NCBI RefSeq assembly: GCF_020745735.1
Contig: NC_083438.1
Span: forward strand, 38,421,949-38,485,948
Length of the DNA: 64,000 nt
Reading direction: 5' to 3'
Origin: Hemiscyllium ocellatum
Lineage: Eukaryota
The notes under the pieces are model-generated. The model was not told where the DNA came from. It was given only the letters and a program-made list of their open reading frames with translations, and ran no database searches. Of the stretch, positions 38,116 to 53,300 are shown in pieces (positions within the stretch are counted from its first letter, which is position 1; each line of letters begins with the position of its first letter). Position numbers and translations under genes: made by a program.

Positions 38116-38199
38116 GTAAGTCCCACATGGAAAGACAGACTGTAGCTGAGAAGATGAGTAGGGGGCACCATCAGCTCCTTGATAAGCCAGTCAATTCAA

Positions 38200-38720
38200 T
38201 CATAAAATCCCTACAGTGTGAAAGCTGGCCATTTGGCCCATCAACTGTACTGCAACCCTCCGAAGAGCATCCCACCTGGAGCCATTCCCCAACTTTATCC
38301 CGATAACCCTGCATTCCCCATGGATAACCTACATTGTTGAGATATCCCCGGATACTATGGGACAATTTCCCATGGCCAATCCACCCTAACCTGCACATCC
38401 TTGGGCACTATGAGACAATTTCCCATGGTCAATCCATCCTAACCTACACATCCCTGGGCACTATGGGATAATTTCCCATGGCCAATCCACCCAAACCTGC
38501 TCATTCCTGGGCACTATGGGACAATTTTCCATGGCCAATCCACCCGACCTACACATCCCTGGACTCCAGTGAACAATTTAGCATTGCCAATCCATCCTGA
38601 CCTGTACGTCTTTGGATTGTGAGAGGAAGCCCGCACAGACACAGGGAAAATGTGCAAACTCCACACAGGCAGGAATAGCTGGTGGAATCAAACCTGGGTC
38701 CCTGGCGCTGTGAGGCAGCA
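38200..38720 (-). mobile_element. Diverged HE1-type SINE with ~4-5 tandem 53-bp units
   Basis: Units at ~38350-38600, followed by a partial core and head. Confidence 0.75.
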
Positions 38721-39224
38721 GTGCTAACCACTGAGCCGCTGTGCTGCCTTAACTGCGGTCGATCTAATCTCAGCCTCAACCCACCTTCCTCCGCATTTCC
38801 TTCAACACCGTATTCATTAAAAAACAAATCCTCCTTAAACCTATTCAGTCGACCACACTCTGAGGGGAGTGAATTTCAGAGAATGATGACTCTTTGAAAA
38901 CAGTAATTCCACCTCAGCTCTATTTTAAATCTGCCTCCCTCTATCATCCTAAAGCTATGATCCCTCGTCCTGGATTGTCCCATCGGGAAACAGGGAACAA
39001 ACTCTTCCTAAACTGGAGAATAAAAATCAACTTTAACCCATGGGACGAGGTGGTTTCTTCCAGGTACCTGTGTAACAGGTTACTTGTGTTTTTGAATGTG
39101 GGTAAAATTGATTTGATTTGATTGAATCCATCTATTTATGAATTCAAGCTGAATATGTTTGAAAATCCAAAACAAAAACCTTATTCTTCTGGATTTTGAG
39201 TGTCTGTAATTCTGGTCTCCTTCC

Positions 39225-39710
39225 TATTGTGAAACTTGAAAGGGTTCAGAAAAGATTTACAAGGATGTTGCCAGGGTTGGAGGGTCTGAGCTACAGGGAG
39301 AGGCTGAACAGGCTGGGGCTGTTTTCCCTGGAGCTGAGGGGTGACCTTATAGAGGTTTATAAAACCATGAGGGGCATGGATAGGATAAATAGACAAAGTC
39401 TTTTCCCTGGGGTTGGGGAGTCCAGAACTAGAGGGGCATAGATTTAGAGTGAGAGGGGAAAGATATATAAAGGACCTAAGGGGCAACTTTTTCACCCAGA
39501 GGGTGGTACGTGTATGGAATGAGCTGCCAGAGGAAGTGGTGGAGGCTGGTACAATGACAGCATTTAAAAGGCATCTGGATGGGGACATGAGGTTTGGAGG
39601 GATATGGGCCAAGTGCTGGCAAATGGGACTGGATTGGGTTGGGAATATCTGGCTGGCATGGGCGAGTTGGACTGAAGGGTCTGTTTCCGTGCTGTATATC
39701 TCTATGACTC
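39225..39710 (+). mobile_element. CR1 LINE 3' fragment
   Basis: VKLERVQKRFTRMLPGLEGLSYRERLNRLGLFSLE plus 3' UTR. Confidence 0.9.
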
Positions 39711-40506
39711 AGTGACTATTCCGAGGGACATGGGCAGATTGCCACAGCAACTTAGTTGAAGGGTCATGAACAAAGTGAGACATCATTTTAAAGTGAATTT
39801 CAAACGCTCCTTCCTTTGTCTGAAGGAAATGGGGGGCATTTCCATCGTTCATCCACTTCCAAGCCGGATATTTCCACGTTTCCGGAGCAGACAAGAACGT
39901 GGATTGAGTGCAACATCCTTTGGTTCCAAGACGGTGCTTCCCTGTTGTGAACGCTCCAGTCACCCTCACGCTGTTCAGTTTGGGTTGGTTACAGAATCCC
40001 TGCAGGGGGGAAGCAGGCCATTCAGCCCATTGGGTCCTCCTGGCTGCCTCCATCTCCATCCTTCAGGTATACACCGGGTTAATGGGAGTTGCCTTTTCCC
40101 TCAGACAGGGGGCACATTTCTACGGTGAGAGCAGAGAGATTTTTGTAAAGATGTGAAGGGGGGCAATTTTTATTGAAACACAGAGAGTGATTTGTTTGTG
40201 GAATCGCCGTGTAGTGGATTGTTTAAAAGATATTTGGATCAGGACATGAACAGGAAAGGTTTGGAGGGAGATGGGTCAGGAGAAGGCAGGGGGGGACTGG
40301 GTTAGTTTGGGGTTAGGGTCAGCATGGACTGGATGGGCTGAAGGGTCTGTTTCCCTGCTGTGGGAATCTATGACTCTGTCAATTGTCACAAAGACACAAG
40401 TCTAACTATTTCTCCCACTGTGACACCACCCAATTCAATCATAGTTCTGGCTCCTTTTAACGACCGGGCTGAGATGTCCTGACCCTGTGACCCTTTCTCT
40501 CTGTAG

Positions 40507-40624
40507 ACCCCCCAGAGGTGACTATAACGGGATATGATCAGAGCTGGAGTGTAAACAGCCGCAATGTTGTTGTGACATGTCACGCAGATGCCAATCCTCC
40601 AGCGACAACGTACACATGGCGAGG
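40507..40624 (+). CDS. Nectin/PVR-family gene, exon 4 (first half of Ig3)
   Basis: Acceptor ccctttctctctgtag, donor GTAAGT at 40625, 118 nt. (Y)PPEVTITGYDQSWSVNSRNVVVTCHADANPPATTYTWRG; T from exon 3 + AC completes Tyr in frame. Confidence 0.92.
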
Positions 40625-40799
40625 GTAAGTTACAACGGGCGGAATTCATTCCGAAAGTCAGCTGACAGGTTTTCGGTAAATATCGGGTAATTGTATGTTC
40701 ATAAACTATTTGTGATCTGGGAACATGGAATATCGGAGTAGGCCACTCTGCCCATCGAGCCTGTCCTGCACCTTCATTGTGATCGTGGTTGGTCACCCA

Positions 40800-41330
40800 A
40801 CCCAGTTGCTGCTTTCTCATTCGAGCCAAAGGTAAAGGATCAGAATGAGGCCATTTGGCCCATTGGGGATACTGCACCATTCTATCCTGGCTGACATGTT
40901 TCTCAACCCCATTCTCCTGACTTCTCTCCATAACCTTTGACCCCCCTCTCTAATCAGCAACCTATCTATTTCAGTCTTAACCACACTCAGTGACGCGTCC
41001 CCCTGAAGCAATGAGTCCCACAGATTCCCCACCCTCCCGCGGAAGAAATCCCTCCCCATCTCAGTTCCAAAGGGCTGTCCCTTCCCCCTGAGGCAGTGCC
41101 CTCGGGCCCTGGTCTCTCCTCCTGGTGGGAACATCTTCTCCGTGCCCACTCTATTCAGACCCTCTCAGTGTTCTGTAAGGCTCAATCAGATCCCCCTCCT
41201 CACCCTTCACAACTCCATCAAGTACAGGCCCAGAGTCCTCAACGTCTCCTGGGAAGACCCGCCCTTCATCCCTGGGATTGTTCTAGTAAACCCACTCCAG
41301 GTCCCCTCCATAGACAGCACATCCTTCATT
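40800..41330 (-). mobile_element. Degenerate CR1 3' fragment
   Basis: MFPPGGETRARGHCLR..RVGNLWDSL..KTEIDRLL on the minus strand. Confidence 0.75.
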
Positions 41331-44300
41331 AGATTAGAATCTCTAAAGAGAAGAAACAGGCCATTTGGCCCATCAAGCCTGTTCTAACCCTCTGACAGGC
41401 ATCCCACCACACGTCCTACACATGTCAATGTAACCCCATATTTCCCATGGCCAATCCACCCTAACCTGCACATCCTGGGAATCTATGGGACAATTTCCGA
41501 TGGCCAATCCAACCTAACCTGCGCATCCTGGGAATCTATGGGACAATTTTCCATGGCCAATCCACCCTAACCTGCACATCCCTGGACATGATGGGACAAT
41601 TTCCCATGGCCAATCCACCCTAACCTACACATCCTGAGAATCTATGGGCCAATTTCCCATAGCCAATCCACCCTAACCTGCACATCCTGGGACACTATGG
41701 GACCATTTCCCATGGCCAATCCACCCTAACCTGCACATCCCTGGGCACTATGGGACCATTTCCCATGGCCAATCCACCCTAACCTGCACATCCCTGGACA
41801 CTATGGGCCAATTTCCCATAGCCAATCCACCCTAACCTGCACATCCTGGGACACTATGGGACAATTTCCCATGGCCAATCCACCCTGACCTGCACATCCC
41901 TGGGCACTATGGGACAATTTCTCATGGGCAATCCACCCTAACCTGCACATCCTGGGAATCTATGGGACAATTTCCCATGGCCAATCCACCCTAACCTGCA
42001 CATCCTGGGACACTATGGGACAATTTCCCATGGCCAAACCACCCTAACCTGCACATCCCTGGGGACTATGGGTCAAGTTCCCATGGCCAATTTTCCAAAC
42101 CTGCACATCCCTGGGCACTATGGGACAATTTCCCATGGCCAATCCATCCTGACCTGCACATCCCTGGGCACTATGGGACAATTTCCCACGGCCAATCCAC
42201 CCTAACCTGCACATCCTGGGACACTATGGGACAATTTCCCATGGCCAATCCACCCTGACCTGCACATCCTGGGAATCTAAGGGACAATTTCCCATGGCCA
42301 ATCGACCCTAACCTGCACATCCCTGGACATGATGGGACAATTTCCCATGGCCAATCCACCCTAACCTGCACATCCCTGGGCACTATGGGTCAATTTCCCA
42401 TGGCCAATCCCACCTAATCTGCACATCCCTGGGCACTATGGGACAATTTCCCATGGCCAATCCACCCTAACCTGCACATCCTGAGAATCCATGGGACACT
42501 TCCCCATGGCCAATCCACCCTAACCTGCACATCCCTGGGCACTATGGGACAATTTCCCATGGCCAATCCACCCTAACCTGCACATCCTGGGACACTATGG
42601 GACAATTTCCCATGGCCAAGCCACAATAACCTGCACATCCCCGGGCACTATGGGATAATTTCAGATGGCCATTCCACCCTAACCTGCACAACCTCGGAAT
42701 CTATGGGACAATTTCCCATGGCCAATCCACCCTAACCTGCACATCCCTGGGCACTATGGGACCATTTCCCATGGCCAGTCCACCCTAACATGCACATCCT
42801 GTGAATCTATGGGACAATTTCCCATGGCCAATTACCCTAACCTGCACATCCTGAGAATCTATGGGACAATTTCCCATCGCCAATCCACCCTAACCTGCAC
42901 ATCCCTGGACATGATGGGACAATTTCCCATGGCCAATCCACCCTAACCTGCACATCCCTGGGCACTATGGGACAATTTCCCATGGCCAATCCACCCTAAC
43001 CTGCACATCCTGAGAATCTATGGGCCAATTTCCCATAGCCAATCCACCCTAACCTGCACATCCTGGGACACTATGGGACAATTTCCCATGGCCAATCCAC
43101 CCTGACCTGCACATCCCTGGGCACTACGGGACAATTTCCCATGGCCAATCCACCCGAACCTACACATCCCTGGACTTGATGGGACAATTTCGCATTGCCA
43201 ATCCACCCTAACCTGCACATCCCTGGGCACTATGGGTCAATTTCCCATGGCCAATCCCCCCTATTCTGCACATCCATGGGCACTATGGGACAATTTCCCA
43301 TGGCCAATCCACCCTAACCTGCACATCCTGAGAATCCATGGGACACTTCCCCATGGCCAATCCACCCTAACCTGCACATCCTGGGACACTATGGGACTTT
43401 GTCCCATGGCCAATCCACCCTGACCTGCACATCCCTGGGCATTATGGGACTATTTCCCATGGCCAATCCACCCTAACCTGCACATCCCTGGGCACTATGG
43501 GTCAATTTCCCATGGCCAATCCCCCCTAATCTGCACATCCCTGGGCACTATGGGACAATTTCCCATGGCCAATCCACCTTAACCTGCACATCCATGGGCA
43601 CTATGGGACAATTTCCCATGGCCAATCCACCCTAACCTGCACATCCCTGGACACTATGGGACAATTTCCCATGGCCAATCCACCCTAACCTGCACATCCC
43701 TGAACACTACGGAACAATTTCCCATGGCCAATCCATCCTAACCTGTACATTTCTGGACACTATGGGACAATTTCCCATGGCCAATCCACCCTAACCTGCA
43801 CATCCCTGAACACTATGGGACAATTTCCCATGGCCAATCCATCCTAACCTGTACATTTCTGGACACTATGGGACAATTTCCCATGGCCAATATACCCTAA
43901 CCTGCACATCCTGGGAATCTATGGGACAATTTCCCATGGCCAATCCACCCTAACCTGCACATCCTGAGAATCCATGGGACAATTTCCCATGGCCAATCCA
44001 CCCTAACCTGCACATCCCTGGACACTATGGGACAATTTCCCATGGCCAAGCCACCATTACCTGCACATCCCCGGGCACTATGGGACAATTTCCCATGGCC
44101 AATCCACCCTAACCTGCACATCCCTGGGCACTATGGGTCAATTTCCCATGGCCAATCCCCCCTAATCTGCACATCCCTGGGCACTATGGGACAATTTCCC
44201 ATGCCAATCCACCCTAACCTGCACATCCTGAGAATCCATGGGACACTTCCCCATGGCCAATCCCCCTAACCTGCACATCCTGGGACACTATGGGACAATT

Positions 44301-47300
44301 TCCCATAGCCAATCCACCCTAACCTGCACATCCTGGGAATCTATGGGACAATTTCCCATGGCCAATCCACCCTAACCTGCACATCCCTGGGCACAATGGG
44401 ACAATTTCCCATGGTCAGTCCACCCTAACCTGCACATCCTGTGAATCTATGGGACAATTTCCCATGGCCAAGTACCCTAACCTGCACATCCTGAGAATCT
44501 ATGGGACAATTTCCCATAGCTAATCCACCCTAACCTGCACATCCTGGGACACTATGGGACCATTTCCCATGGCCAATCCACCCTAACCTGCACATCCCTG
44601 GGCACTATGGGACCATTTCCCATGGCCAATCCACCCTAACCTTCACATCCCTGGACACTATGGGCCAATTTCCCATGGCCAATTCACCCTAACCTGCACA
44701 TCCCTGGGCACTATGGGACCATTTCCCATGGCCAATCCACCCTAACCTGCACATCCCTGGACACTATGGGCCAATTTCCCATGGCCAATCCACCTTGACC
44801 TGCACATCCCTGGGCACTATGGGACAATTTCTCATGGGCAATCCACCCTAACCTGCACATCCTGGGAATCTATGGGACAATTTCCCATGGCCAATCCACC
44901 CTAACCTGCACATCCTGGGACACTATGGGACAATTTCCCATGGCCAAACCACCCTAACCTGCACATCCCTGGGCACTATGGGTCAAGTTCCCATGGCCAA
45001 TTTTCCAAACCTGCACATCCCTGGGCACTATGGGACAATTTCCCATGGCCAATCCATCCTGACCTGCACATCCCTGGGCACTATGGGACAATTTCCCACG
45101 GCCAATCCACCCTAACCTGCACATCCTGGGACACTATGGGACAATTTCCCATGGCCAATCCACCCTGACCTGCACATCCTGGGAATCTATGGGACAATTT
45201 CCCATGGCCAATCGACCCTAACCTGCACATCCCTGGACATGATGGGACAATTTCCCATGGCCAATCCACCCTAACCTGCACATCCCTGGGCACTATGGGT
45301 CAATTTCCCATGGCCAATCCCACCTAATCTGCACATCCCTGGGCACTATGGGACAATTTCCCATGGCCAATCCACCCTAACCTGCACATCCTGAGAATCC
45401 ATGGGACACTTCCCCATGGCCAATCCACCCTAACCTGCACATCCCTGGGCACTCTGGGACAATTTCCCATGGCCAAGCCACCATAACCTGCACATCCCCG
45501 GGCACTATGGGATAATTTCAGATGGCCATTCCACCCTAACCTGCACAACCTCGGAATCTATGGGACAATTTCCCATGGCCAATCCACCCTAACCTGCACA
45601 TCCCTGGGCACTATGGGACAATTTCCCATGGCCAGTCCACCCTAACCTGCACATCCTGGGACACTATGGGACCATTTCCCATGGCCAATCCACCCTAACC
45701 TGCACATCCTGAGAATCTATGGGCCAATTTCCCATAGCCAATCCACCCTAACCTGCACATCATGGGACACTATGGGACAATTTCCCATGGCCAATCCACC
45801 CTGACCTGCACATCCCTGGGCACTATGGGACAATTTCCCATGGCCAATCCACCCTAACCTGCACATCCCTGGACTTGATGGGACAATTTCCCATTGCCAA
45901 TCCACCCTAACCTGCACATCCCTGGGCACTATGGGTCAATTTCCCATGGCCAATCCCCCCTATTCTGCACATCCATGGGCACTATGGGACAATTTCCCAT
46001 GGCCAATCCACCCTAACCTGCACATCCTGAGAATCCATGGGACACTTCCCCATGGCCAATCCACCCTAACCTGCACATCCTGGGACACTATGGGACAATT
46101 TCCCATGGCCAATCCACCCTGACCTGCACATCCCTGGGCATTATGGGACAATTTCCCATGGCCAATCCACCCTAACCTGCACATCCTGGGAATCTATGGG
46201 ACAATTTCCCATGGCCAATCCACCCTAACCTGCACATCCCTGGACATGATGGGACAATTTCCCATGGCCAATCCACCCTAACCTGCACATCCCTGGGCAC
46301 TATTGGTCAATTTCCCATGGCAAATCCCCCCTAATCTGCACATCCCTGGGCACTATGGGACAATTTCCCATGGCCAATCCACCCTAACCTGCACATCCTG
46401 AGAATCCATGGGACACTTCCCCATGGCCAATCCACCCTAACCTGCACATCCTGGGACACTATGGGACAATTTCCCATGGCCAATCCACCCTGACCTGCAC
46501 ATCCCTGGGCATTATGGGACAATTTCCCATGGCCAATCCACCCTAACCTGCACATCCTGGGAATCTATGGGACAATTTCCCATGGCCAATCCACCCTAAC
46601 CTGCACATCCCTGGGCACAATGGGACAATTTCCCATGGTCAGTCCACCCTAACCTGCACATCCTGTGAATCTATGGGACAATTTCCCATGGCCAATTACC
46701 CTAACCTGCACATCCTGAGAATCTATGGGACAATTTCCCATAGCCAATCCACCCTAACCTGCACATCCTGGGACACTATGGGACCATTTCCCATGGCCAA
46801 ACCACCCTAACCTGCACATCCCTGGGCACTATGGGACCAATTCCTTGGCCAATCCACCCTAACCTTCACATCCCTGGACACGATGGGCCAATTTCCCATG
46901 GCCAATCCACCCCAACCTGCACATCCCTGGGCACTATGGGACCATTTCCCATGGCCAATCCACCCTAACCTGCACATCCCTGGACACTATGGGTCAATTT
47001 CCCATAGCCAATCCACCCTAACCTGCACATCCTGGGACACTATGGGACAATTTCCCATGGCCAATCCACCCTGACCTGCACATCCCTGGGCACTATGGGA
47101 CAATTTCTCATGGGCAATCCACCCTAACCTGCACATCCTGGGGATCTATGGGACAATTTCCCATGGCCAATCCACCCTAACCTGCACATCCTGGGACACT
47201 ATGGGACAATTTCCCATGGCCAAACCACCCTAACCTGCACATCCCTGGGCACTATGGGTCAAGTTCCCATGGCCAATTATCCAAACCTGCACATCCCTGG

Positions 47301-50300
47301 GCACTATGGGACAATTTCCCATGGCCAATCCATCCTGACCTGCACATCCCTGGGCACTATGGGACAATTTCCCACGGCCAATCCACCCTGACCTGCACAT
47401 CCTGGGACACTATGGGACAATTTCCCATGGCCAATCCACCCTGACCTGCACATCCTGGGAATCTATGGGACAATTTCCCATGGCCAATCCACCCTAACCT
47501 GCACATCCCTGGACATGATGGGACAATTTCCCATGGCCAATCCACCCTAACCTGCACATCCCTGGGCACTATGGGTCAATTTCCCTTGGCCAATCCCACC
47601 TAATCTGCACATCCCTGGGCACTATGGGACAATTTCCCATGGCCAATCCACCCTAACCTGCACATCCTGAGAATCCATGGGACACTTCCCCATGGCCAAT
47701 CCACCCTAACCTGCACATCCCTGGGCACTATGGGACAATTTCCCATGGCCAATCCACCCTAACCTGCACATCCTGGGACACTATGGGACAGTTTCCCATG
47801 GCCAAGCCACCATAACCTGCACATCCCCGGGCACTATGGGATAATTTCAGATTGCCATTCCACCCTAACCTGCACAACCTCGGAATCTATGGGACAATTT
47901 CCCATGGCCAATCCACCCTAACCTGCACATCCCTGGGCACTATGGGACAATTTCCCATGGCCAGTCCACCCTAACCTGCACATCCTGTGAATCTATGGGA
48001 CAATTTCCCATGGCCAATTACCCTAACCTGCACATCCTGAGAATCTATGGGACAATTTCCCATCGCCAATCCACCCTAACCTGCACATCCCTGGACATGA
48101 TGGGACAATTTCCCATGGCCAATCCACCCTAACCTGCACATCCCTGGGCACTATGGGACAATTTCCCATGGCCAATCCACCCTAACCTGCACATCCTGAG
48201 AATCTATGGGCCAATTTCCCATGGCCAATCCACCCTAACCTGCACATCCTGGGACACTATGGGACAATTTCCCATGGCCAATCCACCCTGACCTGCACAT
48301 CCCTGGGCACTATGGGACAATTTCCCATGGCCAATCCACCCTAACCTGCACATCCCTGGACTTGATGGGACAATTTCCCATTGCCAATCCACCCTAACCT
48401 GCACATCCCTGGGCACTATGGGTCAATTTCCCATGGCCAATCCCCCCTATTCTGCACATCCATGGGCACTATGGGACAATTTCCCATGGCCAATCCACCC
48501 TAACCTGCACATCCTGAGAATCCATGGGACACTTCCCCATGGCCAATCCACCCTAACCTGCACATCCTGGGACACTATGGGACTTTGTCCCATGGCCAAT
48601 CCACCCTGACCTGCACATCCCTGGGCATTATGGGACAATTTCCCATGGCCAATCCACCCTAACCTGCACATCCTGGGAATCTATGGGACAATTTCCCATG
48701 GCCAATCACCCTAACCTGCACATCCCTGGACATGATGGGACAATTTCCCATGGCCAATCCACCCTAACCTGCACATCCCTGGGCACTATGGGTCAATTTC
48801 CCATGGCCAATCCCCCCTAATCTGCACATCCCTGGGCACTATGGGACACTTTCCCATGGCCAATCCACCTTAACCTGCACATCCATGGGCACTATGGGAC
48901 AATTTCCCATGACCAATCCACCCTAAACTGCACATCCCTGGACACTATGGGACAATTTCCCATGGCCAATCCACCCTAACCTGCACATTCCTGGGCAGTA
49001 TGAGACAATTTCCCATAGCCAATACACCCTAACCTGCACATCCCTGGGCACTATGGGACAATTTCCCATGGCCAATCCACCCTAACCTGCACATCCCTGA
49101 ACACTATGGGACAATTTCCCATGGCCAATCCATCCTAACCTGTACATTTCTGGACACTATGGGACAATTTCACATGGCCAATATACCCTAACCTGCACAT
49201 CCTGGGAATCTATGGGACAATTTCCCATGGCCAATCCACCCTAAACTGCACATCCTGAGAATCCATGGGACAATTTCCCATGGCCAATCCACCCTAACCT
49301 GCACATCCTGAGAATCTATGGGCCAATTTCCCATGGCCAATCCACCCTAACCTGCACATCCTGGGACACTATGGGACAATTTCCCATGGCCAATCCACCC
49401 TGACCTGCACATCCCTGGGCACTATGGGACAATTTCCCATGGCCAATCCACCCTAACCTGCACATCCCTGGACTTGATGGGACAATTTCCCATTGCCAAT
49501 CCACCCTAACCTGCACATCCCTGGGCACTATGGGTCAATTTCCCATGGCCAATCCCCCCTATTCTGCACATCCATGGGCACTATGGGACAATTTCCCATG
49601 GCCAATCCACCCTAACCTGCACATCCTGAGAATCCATGGGACACTTCCCCATGGCCAATCCACCCTAACCTGCACATCCTGGGACACTATGGGACAATTT
49701 CCCATGGCCAATCCACCCTGACCTGCACATCCCTGGGCATTATGGGACAATTTCCCATGGCCAATCCACCCTAACCTGCACATCCTGGGAATCTATGGGA
49801 CAATTTCCCATGGCCAATCACCCTAACCTGCACATCCCTGGACATGATGGGACAATTTCCCATGGCCAATCCACCCTAACCTGCACATCCCTGGGCACTA
49901 TGGGTCAATTTCCCATGGCCAATCCCCCCTAATCTGCACATCCCTGGGCACTATGGGACACTTTCCCATGGCCAATCCACCTTAACCTGCACATCCATGG
50001 GCACTATGGGACAATTTCCCATGACCAATCCACCCTAAACTGCACATCCCTGGACACTATGGGACAATTTCCCATGGCCAATCCACCCTAACCTGCACAT
50101 TCCTGGGCAGTATGAGACAATTTCCCATAGCCAATACACCCTAACCTGCACATCCCTGGGCACTATGGGACAATTTCCCATGGCCAATCCACCCTAACCT
50201 GCACATCCCTGAACACTATGGGACAATTTCCCATGGCCAATCCATCCTAACCTGTACATTTCTGGACACTATGGGACAATTTCACATGGCCAATATACCC

Positions 50301-53300
50301 TAACCTGCACATCCTGGGAATCTATGGGACAATTTCCCATGGCCAATCCACCCTAAACTGCACATCCTGAGAATCCATGGGACAATTTCCCATGGCCAAT
50401 CCACCCTAACCTGCACATCCATGGGCACTATGGGACAATTTCCCATGGCCAATCCACCCTAACCAGCACATCCTGAGAATCCATGGGACACTTCCCCATG
50501 GCCAAGCCACCCTAACCTGCACATCCTGGGACACTATGGGACAATTTCCCATGGCCAATCCACCCTGACCTGCACATCCCTGGGCATTATGGGACAATTT
50601 CCCATGGCCAATCCACCCTAACCTGCACATCCTGGGAATCTATGGGACAATTTCCCATGGCCAATCCACCCTAACCTGCACATCCCTGGGCACTATGGGA
50701 CAATTTCCCATGTCCAATCCACCCTAACCTGCACATCCTGAGAATCTATGGGCCAATTTCCCATAGCCAATCCACCCGAACCTGCACATCCTGGGACACT
50801 ATGGGACAATTTCCCATGGCCAATCCACCCTAACCTGCACATCCCTGGGCATTATGGGACAATTTCCCATGGCCAATCCACCCTAACCTGCACATCCTGG
50901 GAATCTATGGGACAATTTCCCATGGCCAATCCACCCTAACCTGCACATCCCTGGACATGATGGGACAATTTCCCATGGCCAATCCACCCTAAACTGCACA
51001 TCCCTGGGCACTATTGGTCAATTTCCCATGGCAAATCCCCCCTAAACTGCACATCCCTGGGCACTATGGGACAATTTCCCATGGCCAATCCACCCTAACC
51101 TGCACATCCTGAGAATCCATGGGACACTTCCCCATGGCCAATCCACCCTAACCTGCACATCCTGGGACACTATGGGACAATTTCCCATGGCCAATCCACC
51201 CTGACCTGCACATCCCTGGGCATTATGGGACAATTTCCCATGGCCAATCCACCCTAACCTGCACATCCTGGGAATCTATGGGACAATTTCCCATGGCCAA
51301 TCCACCCTAACCTGCACATCCCTGGGCACAATGGGACAATTTCCCATGGTCCGTCCACCCTAACCTGCACATCCTGTGAATCTAGGGGACAATTTCCCAT
51401 GGCCAATTACCCTAACCTGCACATCCTGAGAATCTATAGGACAATTTCCCATAGCCAATCCACCCTAACCTGCACATCCTGGGACACTATGGGACAGTTT
51501 CCCATGGCCAATCCACCCAAACCTGCACATCCCTGGGCACTATGGGACCATTTCCCATGGCCAATCCACCCTAACCTTCACATCCCTGGACACTATGGGC
51601 CAATTTCCCATGGCCAATCCACCCTGACCTGCACATCCCTGGGCATTATGGGACTATTTCCCATGGCCAATCCACCCTAACCTGCACATCCTGAGAATCC
51701 ATGGGACACTTCCCCATGGCCAATCCACCCTAACCTGCACATCCTGGGACACTATGGGACAATTTCCCATGGCCAATCCATCCTGACCTGCACATCCCTG
51801 GGCACTATGGGACAATTTCTCATGGGCAATCCACCCTAACCTGCACATCCTGGGAATCTATGGGACAATTTCCCATGGCCAATCCACCCTAACCTGCACA
51901 TCCTGGGACACTATGGGACAATTTCCCATGGCCAAACCACCCTAACCTGCACATCCCTGGGCACTATGGGTCAAGTTCCCATGGCCAATTATCCAAACCT
52001 GCACATCCCTGGGCACTATGGGACAATTTCCCATGGCCAATCCATCCTGACCTGCACATCCCTGGGCACTATGGGACAATTTCCCACGGCCAATCCACCC
52101 TAACCTGCACATCCTGGGACACTATGGGACAATTTCCCATGGCCAATCCACCCTGACCTGCACATCCTGGGAATCTATGGGACAATTTCCCATGGCCAAT
52201 CGACCCTAACCTGCACATCCCTGGACATGATGGGACAATTTCCCATGGCCAATCCACCCTAACCTGCACATCCCTGGGCACTATGGGTCAATTTCCCATG
52301 GCCAATCCCACCTAATCTGCACATCCCTGGGCACTATGGGACAATTTCCCATGGCCAAACCACCCTAACCTGCACATCCTGAGAATCCATGGGACACTTC
52401 CCCATGGCCAATCCACCCTAACCTGCACATCCCTGGGCACTATGGGACAATTTCCCATGGCCAATCCACCCTAACCTGCACATCCTGGGACACTATGGGA
52501 CAGTTTCCCATGGCCAAGCCACCATAACCTGCACATCCCCGGGCACTATGGGATAATTTCAGATGGCCATTCCACCCTAACCTGCACAACCTCGGAATCT
52601 ATGGGACAATTTCCCATGGCCAATCCACCCTAACCTGCACATCCCTGGGCACTATGGGACAATTTCCCATGGCCAGTCCACCCTAACCTGCACATCCTGT
52701 GAATCTATGGGACAATTTCCCATGGCCAATTACCCTAACCTGCACATCCTGAGAATCTATGGGACAATTTCCCATCGCCAATCCACCCTAACCTGCACAT
52801 CCCTGGACATGATGGGACAATTTCCCATGGCTAATCCACCCTAACCTGCACATCCCTGGGCACTATGGGACAATTTCCCATGGCCAATCCACCCTAACCT
52901 GCACATCCTGAGAATCTATGGGCCAATTTCCCATAGCCAATCCACCCTAACCTGCACATCCTGGGACACTATGGGACAATTTCCCATGGCCAATCCACCC
53001 TGACCTGCACATCCCAAGGCACTATGGGACAATTTCCCATGGCCAATCCACCCTAACCTGCACATCCCTGGACTTGATGGGACAATTTCCCATGGCCAAT
53101 CCACCCTAACCTGCACATCCCTGGGCACTATGGGTCAATTTCCCATGGCCAATCCCCCCTATTCTGCACATCCATGGGCACTATGGGACAATTTCCCATG
53201 GCCAATCCACCCTAACCTGCACATCCTGAGAATCCATGGGACACTTCCCCATGGCCAATCCACCCTAACCTGCACATCCTGGGACACTATGGGACAATTT

